Below, one piece after another: positions 18,613-26,185 of a DNA stretch of 64,000 bases; within the stretch, counting starts at the first letter, position 1; the number at the start of each line of letters is the position of its first letter. The notes beneath the pieces are model-generated. The model worked only from the letters and a program-made list of their open reading frames with translations. It searched no databases and was not told where the DNA came from. The translations under genes were made by a program, and so were the position numbers. This DNA is from a virus (Duplodnaviria > Caudoviricetes), in IMG/VR virus record IMGVR_UViG_3300033463_000054, positions 1 to 64,000 of that record; one strand, 5' to 3'.

Positions 18613-18933
18613 TTACTTTCCGCCGTGGAATACTTTGGTAAAGCCACTAAAGACAGATCTACTAATGTTACTTGTCAGATTGCCGGTCTTCTCAAAGTTG
18701 AGACAGGTTACACCCATTCCGACTCCAGCTACTATTTTACCGACGCCCAGAACAATATTAGCTGCATCGTTGCCTCTACTATTCCTCCTTTCACCTCTTA
18801 TTTTGAGCTGAGCTTCGATAATTTTCGCATCGTTGTCGTCGATTGGGGTATCCCAGTCATCGAGCTTTGCGATTGCCCTGCGTTCTGCCGCATTCTCAAT
18901 AGTATATCTTTTCTTGTGTCGTCTTCTACCCAT
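18613..18933 (-). CDS. cassette-encoded hypothetical protein
   Basis: 106 aa, AAGGAGG RBS, motif at 18973, hairpin near 18563-18597. Confidence 0.75.
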   Translation of the reverse strand: MGRRRHKKRYTIENAAERRAIAKLDDWDTPIDDNDAKIIEAQLKIRGERRNSRGNDAANIVLGVGKIVAGVGMGVTCLNFEKTGNLTSNISRSVFSGFTKVFHGGK

Positions 18934-19001
18934 AGTAGATTCCTCCTTGAAAATATAAATTTGGATATTACTCCATATAAGCCGATGTATCTTTTGCGAG
19001 G

Positions 19002-19232
19002 TTATTTCCTTCTCACTCGTAATATCACGATACCTTTCTTTTCTATAGACTTCGGCGAATCTATTTCTAGAAAGAAATACGGACCTTCTTTGTTTTCGTC
19101 GTATCGAACTTGAATATCGCCATCGAATTTAAACGCTAACACTAACACTGTTATTATTAGAAATAGTGCTACCATGAAACCTATTAATGCTCCGACTATA
19201 AGAGCACCATTCATTTTGATCATTCCTTTCAA
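19002..19232 (-). CDS. small single-TM protein
   Basis: long hydrophobic N-terminal helix. Confidence 0.65.
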   Translation of the reverse strand: MKGMIKMNGALIVGALIGFMVALFLIITVLVLAFKFDGDIQVRYDENKEGPYFFLEIDSPKSIEKKGIVILRVRRK

Positions 19233-19486
19233 GCAATCTCTTTAACTATATACTTCTTATACATCGGGATCTTCTCTATTGTCTTCGCGAGAGTCTTATT
19301 ATTTCGCCAACCCTTGAACTGTCTGAGCTCACCTTCGCTACGACCATACTTAAACCAGTCATATACTCCGTCGGTGTAGTTCTGACTGAACATATAAAAC
19401 TCCTTGCCGTTGCGTGAATAATAGAAATCGATCAGCCAGTTGTCGTTGTCCTTGGTGTTCTTTCTTACTACAAACTTTTCTCTCAT
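19229..19486 (-). CDS. hypothetical protein
   Basis: 85 aa, AAGGAGG RBS. Confidence 0.7.
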   Translation of the reverse strand: MREKFVVRKNTKDNDNWLIDFYYSRNGKEFYMFSQNYTDGVYDWFKYGRSEGELRQFKGWRNNKTLAKTIEKIPMYKKYIVKEIA

Positions 19487-19608
19487 TTGAAAATTCCTCC
19501 TTAAATATCAAGCGGGCGGTTATTAAAAATATAAGGAAAGGTTGTCGTTGTGTCGTAGGGACACCTTCTACTTCCTTTCCATATAAGCCGATGTAGAAAA
19601 TGCGAAAT

Positions 19609-19952
19609 TATGAACAAATTATGAACAAAAAGTCGTAGAAACAAGTTCTAACCAAATAACCAGTTTTATTTGCCTATTAATATATTTTTTACTTATTTTT
19701 TATTAAAAATACTATTAGGTATATAAAAAAGTGGTTATTTGGTTAAAAAACCCGCAAACGACGTAGGGAAGCCATTTGACGCCAACCACTTTCCATACCA
19801 GTTTTGCCCAAAACCAGTTTTGTTTGAAGTCATTTTTCGCGATCCGCGAATTTTGAGCATTTTTGCAATTTTTACCAAAAATAAAACTGGATTTGGATAG
19901 AAAATTGGATAATTTTCACAAAACTATCACATTCGTTCATAATTTGTTCATA
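19609..19952. other. putative replication origin
   Basis: ORF-free and AT-rich; bounded by perfect 18-bp inverted repeats (19609-19626 / 19935-19952); inner 14-bp inverted repeat (19649-19662 / 19732-19745); several ACCAGTTTT iteron-like copies. Confidence 0.6.
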
Positions 19953-20003
19953 TTTTAAAAATAAAAAGCTAAGAGGCTGTGTAAGCCCCTTAGTCTTGGA
20001 TTT

Positions 20004-20099
20004 TTAGTTCTTTTCAGACTCCTTCAGTTCCTTATATTCTTCTCTTGTCATTACCATTCCGTTATAAACTACATATTCCTTATTTTCGTTATTAGTCAT
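20004..20099 (-). CDS. 31-aa cassette microprotein (not in ORF track)
   Basis: MTNNENKEYVVYNGMVMTREEYKELKESEKN; AAAGGAG RBS; motif at 20164; hairpin near 19970-19995. Confidence 0.65.
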   Translation of the reverse strand: MTNNENKEYVVYNGMVMTREEYKELKESEKN

Positions 20100-20253
20100 A
20101 ATAACAACTCCTTTATAAATATATTAAGACTTGTTAAAGTCTAGAAAACATAACTATTGTTCTCCATATAAGGACATGTATATTTTGCGAGTTGTTTATG
20201 ACTAAATATAAAACAAAAAAGAGAAGAGGCTGTTACACCTCTCCTCAGTTGGG

Positions 20254-20484
20254 TTACTTCTTTCTAAGTTTCTGCCGCTTCTTCTCGATCATCTGATCAA
20301 GAGTGTCTTTGTGATTAACAACTCTAGCTCCGTTAAATCCTGATACTGCTGCGGACCCCACAATATATACAGGGGCCAGAGCAACGTCTAAAGCGGCACT
20401 TGCGCCACCAATAACTGCTCCGCCTACTGCACCTGCAGTGGTCTTTGCTATCTTCTTTATTTTCTTGCTAGTCTTCTTAGTCAT
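20254..20484 (-). CDS. cassette-encoded Gly/Ala-rich membrane peptide
   Basis: 76 aa, basic ends, glycine-zipper-like core; AAAGGAGG RBS. Confidence 0.7.
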   Translation of the reverse strand: MTKKTSKKIKKIAKTTAGAVGGAVIGGASAALDVALAPVYIVGSAAVSGFNGARVVNHKDTLDQMIEKKRQKLRKK

Positions 20485-20700
20485 AATGACTCCTCCTTTA
20501 GATAATTAAAAATTAGTTAGAAACATTAAGTTTCTTCCATATAAGGCGGTGTAATATATGCGAGCATCGATAAATATAAAAGAAAAAAGGAAAGAGAGGG
20601 TTGTTAGCCCTCCCGCTCCTTTTTATGATCTTCCCAACCTTTCTTAATTTTGTTTACTGATATAAAAGAGAAGAGGCTGTTACACCTCTCCTCAATTTAG

Positions 20701-20922
20701 TCAGAACATTCCATCATCCCAATTATCGGGATTCATGAATTTCGCTTCTATTCTAGAATTGTTTGCGGTCGTGAATCCTAATACAGTGTATCTAGCTAGG
20801 GTACCAATACTTTCAAATACACTTTTAATTAAATACTTAAATATCAAGCATACTGAAATGATTAGTCCTGCTAGAAATCCCATAATGTGATCCATTACCC
20901 TTTCTAAAATTTGATTGTTCAT
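20701..20922 (-). CDS. cassette-encoded small membrane protein
   Basis: 73 aa with hydrophobic helix; AAGGAGG RBS. Confidence 0.7.
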   Translation of the reverse strand: MNNQILERVMDHIMGFLAGLIISVCLIFKYLIKSVFESIGTLARYTVLGFTTANNSRIEAKFMNPDNWDDGMF

Positions 20923-21072
20923 TTCATTTCCTCCTTAAATATAAATTTGGAATATTCTTCCGTATAAGGCCATGTATTATATGCGGGCTTGTTTAGTATA
21001 AACGAGATTTATGTATTATATGCGGGCTTGTTCGAGCGAAAAATATAATAGTGTGAAAGAAGAGAGGATATG

Positions 21073-21249
21073 TTAATCCTCATCGTTGTCGATCGACATT
21101 CCTCTCTGCTTGAGAAAGTTAATCAATTCCAAAGTCTTATTCATTGCTTTCTCGAGATCGTTCATCATTTCGACTGTCTTTATTTCGCCAAAATTATTGT
21201 TATTAATTTCTTTAACCTCGGCGATATATTCTCTAGTCATATACGTCAT
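21073..21249 (-). CDS. 58-aa cassette protein (true start MTYMTREY)
   Basis: AAAGGAG RBS before 21249; the longer 21357 start would run through the promoter motif and hairpin; stop TAA lies in the hairpin loop. Confidence 0.7.
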   Translation of the reverse strand: MTYMTREYIAEVKEINNNNFGEIKTVEMMNDLEKAMNKTLELINFLKQRGMSIDNDED

Positions 21250-21343
21250 AGTTATCTCTCCTTTCAAATATAAAATTAGAATCCATTCTCTCTCATATAA
21301 TAGTATGTATAAAATGCGGGTAAATATAAAAGAGAAGAGGCTG

Positions 21344-21439
21344 TTACACCTCTTCATCTCTGAGCCATCCCTCTAAACAGAGAGATATAATTCCTTTAAA
21401 TATCATTGTCGATATAGCTTCTCTAATCTTATTTAACAT
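21344..21439 (-). CDS. 31-aa cassette microprotein (not in ORF track)
   Basis: MLNKIREAISTMIFKGIISLCLEGWLRDEEV; AAGGAGG RBS; stop TAA is in the hairpin loop. Confidence 0.65.
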   Translation of the reverse strand: MLNKIREAISTMIFKGIISLCLEGWLRDEEV

Positions 21440-21516
21440 AAAAATTCCTCCTTTTATTGGTTATGGTCTCCATATAATAGTGTGTATTAATTGCGGGCGA
21501 AAAAGAGAAGAGGATG

Positions 21517-21711
21517 TTACTCCTCGTTCTCTTCGTTAGTTTCTTCCTCATTCCTAAACATATAGCTAGGCGATTTATGTTCTGTCACACATATTAAAAA
21601 TATAACCGTCGTAATTACCAGTATGATTGCGCCTATTGTGCCAAATACAATATTGCCACTAAGCACGCCTAGTATTGATAATACATTCAGTATCATTTCT
21701 TTTATTGTCAT
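21517..21711 (-). CDS. cassette-encoded small membrane protein
   Basis: 64 aa, hydrophobic N-terminal two-thirds, acidic tail; stop TAA in hairpin loop. Confidence 0.7.
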   Translation of the reverse strand: MTIKEMILNVLSILGVLSGNIVFGTIGAIILVITTVIFLICVTEHKSPSYMFRNEEETNEENEE

Positions 21712-21792
21712 AATAAATTCTCCTTTGTTATTAGTTTATTTTATTAGGAATATTCTTCCATATAAGAATATTGAAAATTTGCGAATCGCGAA

Positions 21793-22203
21793 TTAATACA
21801 TTTTAGAATCCAACATCCAGAAAAACTTCCTATACATCTTATAATAAACATTCTTACAGCAAGGAATACCCATTTTGAGCAAAAGGTAATCATACCCGAC
21901 ATCGTGAGTAACGCCATAGAGAATATACTTGCCGAGTGAAGGATCTGTGTCAAATGCAGCCTTCTCTACACGTTCAATCTGACTTAAATAATACTCTCTT
22001 TTCTCCAAAACCCACGAAATATCAGTCTCGGATAATCTCTGTCGCTTACCATGTATCTCGATCATACCACCACGATAACCATCAAGTGACCTGAGAATAT
22101 CACGCCACTCATCGTATTGCAGACACATGTGTTTTAGCTCAAGAAAGCGATGTTTAGATAGCTTATACTCGTTCTTGTTTGAAATATCATTCCTGACTCT
22201 CAT
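21793..22203 (-). CDS. putative transcriptional regulator (RinA/ArpU-like)
   Basis: ELKHMCLQYDEW...IPCCKNVYYKMYRKFFWMLD C-terminal HTH-like pattern. Confidence 0.5.
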   Translation of the reverse strand: MRVRNDISNKNEYKLSKHRFLELKHMCLQYDEWRDILRSLDGYRGGMIEIHGKRQRLSETDISWVLEKREYYLSQIERVEKAAFDTDPSLGKYILYGVTHDVGYDYLLLKMGIPCCKNVYYKMYRKFFWMLDSKMY

Positions 22204-22442
22204 ACCCGCTCTCCCTCCCAGACGTAACCAGTTTCCTCATATAAGGCTTTCGGTGAAATATAATAGTTAATGCGACCTTTCTTACTTGTCATATCGTCGA
22301 GAGAAGTCACTGTCTTACCTCCGCGTGTCGCTATTCCTATTTTGAGATAACCCGAGATGATCCCAGCACGAACCCATGATGGATCTTTACCGTATACTTT
22401 AGCCACCACAGCTATAGGAACTGATCCTCTACTAAATATCAT
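22200..22442 (-). CDS. putative excisionase/Cro-like HTH protein
   Basis: 80 aa, VPIAVVAKVYGKDPSWVRAGI HTH; divergent from the integrase. Confidence 0.55.
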   Translation of the reverse strand: MIFSRGSVPIAVVAKVYGKDPSWVRAGIISGYLKIGIATRGGKTVTSLDDMTSKKGRINYYISPKALYEETGYVWEGERV

Positions 22443-22532
22443 AGTAGTACCTCCTTAAGTTTAGATACTACCTTTATACCACGAAAAATAGTTACCTGAG
22501 TCTCCTAAAAAAAATAAAATACAGTGTAGGAC

Positions 22533-22562
22533 TTGACAAATCATACACCGAAATGATATAAT
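22533..22562 (+). promoter_or_regulatory. consensus sigma-A promoter facing the integrase
   Basis: TTGACA (22533-38), 18-nt spacer, extended -10 TGaTATAAT (22554-62). Confidence 0.7.
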
Positions 22563-22582
22563 AAAAAAAAGAAGAGAGGATG

Positions 22583-22744
22583 TTATTCCTCATCCTCTTC
22601 TTCCTCGGACAGAAGATCCCACATTTTTTGAATCATTTTGTCTCTTTCTTCTAATGTTATAAGTCCACTTACAAAGTCCATTTTAATCTTCGGGATTACA
22701 AATGAATATATATAAAAGTTTCTTATAATTTTTGAAATTTTCAT
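22583..22744 (-). CDS. 53-aa cassette protein with acidic tail (not in ORF track)
   Basis: MKISKIIRNFYIYSFVIPKIKMDFVSGLITLEERDKMIQKMWDLLSEEEEDEE; AAGGAG RBS; motif at 22776; stop in hairpin loop. Confidence 0.7.
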   Translation of the reverse strand: MKISKIIRNFYIYSFVIPKIKMDFVSGLITLEERDKMIQKMWDLLSEEEEDEE

Positions 22745-22833
22745 AAAATCAACTCCTTAAATAGTTAGTTTCTGTCCATATAATAGTATGTAGTTTTTGC
22801 GAATCGCGAAATATAAAGAAAGGATCTGATCAA

Positions 22834-24036
22834 ATGCTAATCAAATGTCCCGAATGTGAACTTCAAGTATCTGATAAGGCTCTAGCTTGTCCTCATTGTG
22901 GTTACCCTCTTAAACCCGCAAACAACGATACACTGTCAACAAATATAAAACAGAAAAGATCACCAAAACACAGAAGACTCCCTAATGGTTTCGGGCAAAT
23001 ATCTGAGCTTAAAACCCGTAACCTTAGAAAGCCTTTTCGTGCGATGGTGACTGTAGGTAAGGATGTTCGTGGTAGACCGATATGTAAACTCCTCAAACCA
23101 GAAGCCTATTTCTCGACCTATAACGAAGCCTATCAAGCGCTCATAGAATATAATAGATCACCATATGACATCGCTGCAGACATACCCATAAACGACCTCT
23201 ATACTAAATGGAGTAGAGAATACTTTAAAACAGTCAGCGTGGGTCAACAGAATTCAACTGACCTCGCATGGAAATACTGTCACCAGATACATGACATGAA
23301 AATATCAGAGATACGTATCAGGCATCTACGAACATGTATCGAGCAGGCAGATTACACGTATGCAGGCACGACTCATAAAGCAAGCCCGGTAATGAAGTCA
23401 AATATAAAGTCACTACTCAACAAACTCTACGATTATGCTATCGAGTATGAGCTAATTGACAGAAATTACGCTAGAGAGATGAAAATATCAATCGAGGATG
23501 CCGATTCAAAGCACCATATACCCTTCACCGATAAAGAGCTCGCTACTCTCTGGGAACATTCAAATGACAAAACTATTCAAATCATTTTGATCGGGTGCTA
23601 TTCAGGTTGGAGACCCCAAGAACTCATTAAGATGACTAAAGATCGCGTTGATCTTGAAAATATGACATTCACAGGAGGTATAAAGACTAAGTCAGGAACT
23701 AATAGAATTGTGCCTATACATCCAAAAATATCACAGTTCGTTAAAGAGTTTTATAACACATCAGTAACAGAATATCTCTTACAGCCTGATAATAAGAAGC
23801 TTTCATATGATCATTACCATTATCTCTTTAACAAAACCCTCAAAAGCCTAAATATCAATCCAGAACATACGCCTCACGACACCAGAACGACATTCATAAC
23901 TAACGCCAAAAAATATAACGTGAACGACTACGCAATTAAGAGAATAGTCGGACACGCTATAACTGATGTCACCGAGGACACTTATACAGTAAGACCTATC
24001 GAGTGGCTTAAAGAGGAAATTGAAAAAATAAAATAA
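22834..24036 (+). CDS. int: tyrosine integrase with N-terminal zinc ribbon
   Basis: CPEC/CPHC; RRLPNGFG arm-binding-like segment; catalytic R (SGWRPQE), K (KTKSG), HxxR (HDTR), GH, Y (EDTY). Confidence 0.92.
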   Translation: MLIKCPECELQVSDKALACPHCGYPLKPANNDTLSTNIKQKRSPKHRRLPNGFGQISELKTRNLRKPFRAMVTVGKDVRGRPICKLLKPEAYFSTYNEAYQALIEYNRSPYDIAADIPINDLYTKWSREYFKTVSVGQQNSTDLAWKYCHQIHDMKISEIRIRHLRTCIEQADYTYAGTTHKASPVMKSNIKSLLNKLYDYAIEYELIDRNYAREMKISIEDADSKHHIPFTDKELATLWEHSNDKTIQIILIGCYSGWRPQELIKMTKDRVDLENMTFTGGIKTKSGTNRIVPIHPKISQFVKEFYNTSVTEYLLQPDNKKLSYDHYHYLFNKTLKSLNINPEHTPHDTRTTFITNAKKYNVNDYAIKRIVGHAITDVTEDTYTVRPIEWLKEEIEKIK

Positions 24037-24039
24037 TGT

Positions 24040-24360
24040 TGAAGAAACTGAGACATTGTTGAGTTTAGCAAAACGACATGGAATGACAATTTGTTCAGTA
24101 TAGGATTTCAGTGTACGACCAAATAGTGATGTAGGAATAGTGTATGAGTAACCTACATTCGACTGTTACTAATAATATCTAACCGCTTTATACGACGTCG
24201 ATCTATAGCCATTTTGATCACCGCTCAACCGAGTTCAATTTCTTTTTAAGAATTTACAAATCGTTCATATTCGCCATTTGACAGCTAAAATGTAGGAATA
24301 AAGTATAAACGTAATACTCCTGCCTGCGACTTATCTTGCAAATATTTACAGACAGGAGTG
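24040..24360. other. probable attP region
   Basis: non-coding gap downstream of int, between convergent gene blocks; TGTAGGAATA repeated at 24130 and 24291, inverted CCTACA at 24152; hairpin 24316-24359. Confidence 0.5.
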
Positions 24361-24540
24361 TATACGTGTATGCTCTTCTATAAGTAAGTCGTTTCATTTT
24401 GAACAAGAGTAAGTCTCTTATACTTTACTACTTTAGAACAGCAGTGACAAATCAGTGTAGAGTGTAACGTTTATGTAACTTGTAACCAGATGAGAATATA
24501 AAGTCACCTAGCTCTAATCACCACGACGTTTCTTAAGATG

Positions 24541-24885
24541 TCAGGAAGTATGATCGCCCTGAACATTGATTCTCCACTCGAGCATGTCTAAGTTATCTTG
24601 TAGAGAATTACTTAAACCACTACCATTAGGAGGATCGAAGAGCTGTCTGACTTTGAGATATATGTAGGTCTGAATCATGTTAAGATCCGTACCGTCATAG
24701 AACTCGCTCCATGTTGCTTTATCGTCTACAATGTAGAAACCGGGAGTTCCTACACCGAGCTGATTAAGAATATTGAGCGAAGTGTTTATATGAACGATGA
24801 TGTCGGTGTCGAAATGGTCATACCCTTCGGCACTACCGCCAATCATCTTCTTAATAGTACCCAAGATACTATCCATTTTGAACAC
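24541..24885 (-). CDS. putative head-tail connector/adaptor
   Basis: SILGTIKKMIG...FDTDIIVHINT...LNQLGVG...YIYLKVRQLFDPP...LEWRI, recalled siphovirus family. Confidence 0.6.
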   Translation of the reverse strand: MFKMDSILGTIKKMIGGSAEGYDHFDTDIIVHINTSLNILNQLGVGTPGFYIVDDKATWSEFYDGTDLNMIQTYIYLKVRQLFDPPNGSGLSNSLQDNLDMLEWRINVQGDHTS

Positions 24886-24897
24886 ATCCTTCGTTTG

Positions 24898-25308
24898 TTA
24901 TTTCCAAGGACACATATCGTTTGGCTTACGATCGAAGTTTAAACCAGAAAGTCTATCGTCAGTTTGTCCGTAATGAATATAGTTGTGAGTATCGAACGAC
25001 ACGCATATTAGATTCTCGGGATCAAATATACAGTCGGCTCGATCCAGCACATCATCACGAGTAATAGGGTTGAGATGATGAATGAGGATCCTGTCAAACA
25101 AATCATAGCCCTTACAAGCTAAGTCACAGCCATTATCTCGTACGATGATCTCATTACGGAGTTGACGCCATTCAGCCGAATTGTATAACTTCTGATTCAA
25201 AAATCGATCGAATCCAAACGTCTCGTCTCCTATACCGCCACCAATATATGCGTATTTTAAACGCTCATCGTATGTCGGGATTCTGATTAATTCTGAATAC
25301 GATTTCAC
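24898..25308 (-). CDS. HNH endonuclease
   Basis: WRQLRNEIIVRDNGCD...IHHLNPI...ENLICVSFDTHNYIH. Confidence 0.85.
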   Translation of the reverse strand: MKSYSELIRIPTYDERLKYAYIGGGIGDETFGFDRFLNQKLYNSAEWRQLRNEIIVRDNGCDLACKGYDLFDRILIHHLNPITRDDVLDRADCIFDPENLICVSFDTHNYIHYGQTDDRLSGLNFDRKPNDMCPWK

Positions 25309-25321
25309 GCTTATTACTCCT

Positions 25322-26185
25322 TCACGCTTTAATCTTCTTCACCACAGCACCGGGATACTGTTTCTTGACTATTTTGAGCAGGTCGGTTGCCTGTGACTGT
25401 TTGTCGAATGTGTCGACTACTACCATATACTTATACTTCTGCTCGGTAGTCTCGGTCACAACGGGTTTTACTTCTTTAGCATAGCCATTGAGTCCTCTCT
25501 GCTTCATGAGGCTGGGATAATCCACATTACACTCATTGAAGTCGAAGTAGCACCTATGACCTATGAGCATGCCGTTCGGTGTAAACTGCCACATACCATA
25601 AGGTTCGGGATAGTTGCATTTTGAGTTATACTGAGCTACCCACAGAGCATACTTCCTTCTGGTTTCAGGTGTGACATACTGAAGCATCGGCGATTTCGAC
25701 ATATACAGTCCTGCAAAGTAACCGTTTGTCTCAAGAATATCACAGAAAAGGTTGACTATGTTAGTGCAGAAGATCTGACCTATTTTGAACTGTCTAGCTT
25801 CTTCAAGGTCGAAGAATATGGGATACTCGAACTTCTTACCCTTGATACACTGTAGACATGCTTCTGCTTCCTGCTCAACATCAGCAGTAGACTCAGCATA
25901 TGAGTACCAATATGCACCAACGTCCAGACCTACATCCTTAGCAGCTTTGTAATTCTGTTCGAACTTGGTATCCTTCTGCTTAGCGACTTTGCCGAAACCC
26001 GCTCTTAGAATAACATAAGAAACCCCGGTCTTTTTGAGCAGATCGAAGTCCACATCACCATTATGCTTGGAGAGATCGACACCAAGTTTCTTAATCGAAG
26101 ACAGGTCAGGATGCGGGTAATCACGGAAAGTCTTAATACCAAGAGTATTACTTGAGTCGATTGAGAGATAGTTATATACTGCCAT
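25322..26185 (-). CDS. endolysin, GH25 muramidase with C-terminal SPOR-like domain
   Basis: GVDLSKHNG, VILRAG, GAYWYSYA, PIFFDLEE, LWVAQY, GMWQF; start probably MAVYNY. Confidence 0.9.
   Translation of the reverse strand: MAVYNYLSIDSSNTLGIKTFRDYPHPDLSSIKKLGVDLSKHNGDVDFDLLKKTGVSYVILRAGFGKVAKQKDTKFEQNYKAAKDVGLDVGAYWYSYAESTADVEQEAEACLQCIKGKKFEYPIFFDLEEARQFKIGQIFCTNIVNLFCDILETNGYFAGLYMSKSPMLQYVTPETRRKYALWVAQYNSKCNYPEPYGMWQFTPNGMLIGHRCYFDFNECNVDYPSLMKQRGLNGYAKEVKPVVTETTEQKYKYMVVVDTFDKQSQATDLLKIVKKQYPGAVVKKIKA

Larger units (their letters stand above)
17915..21353 (-). repeat. four identical 19-bp hairpin cores AAGAGGCTGTTACACCTCT (+ strand); intrinsic-terminator-like on the minus strand
   Basis: copies at 17915-17933, 20224-20242, 20671-20689, 21335-21353; variants near 1475, 19970, 20586, 21056, 21503, 22570; each followed on the minus strand by a T-rich tract. 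Confidence 0.85.
18267..22802 (-). promoter_or_regulatory. array of ten 27-bp promoter-like motifs, consensus YCGCA-N5-TACAY-N4-TTATATGG
   Basis: copies at 18267, 18973, 19579, 20164, 20537, 20960, 21293, 21470, 21758, 22776, all with identical spacing; nine sit about 30-65 nt upstream of a minus-strand start codon. Confidence 0.8.

Noticed and set aside
17900-22800. CRISPR array formed by the repeated AAGAGGCTGTTACACCTCT
   Set aside because: Spacing is irregular (hundreds to thousands of nt), the intervals contain RBS-bearing ORFs, and no cas genes are present.
17900-24036. Classical integron (IntI + attC)
   Set aside because: The hairpins are much shorter than attC sites and lack clear R/L boxes, the cassettes carry their own promoters, and the recombinase looks like a phage integrase with an arm-binding region. 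Kept only as an analogy.
24040-24540. Prophage/host junction
   Set aside because: Phage genes continue on both sides with no host genes, consistent with an intact attP rather than attL/attR.
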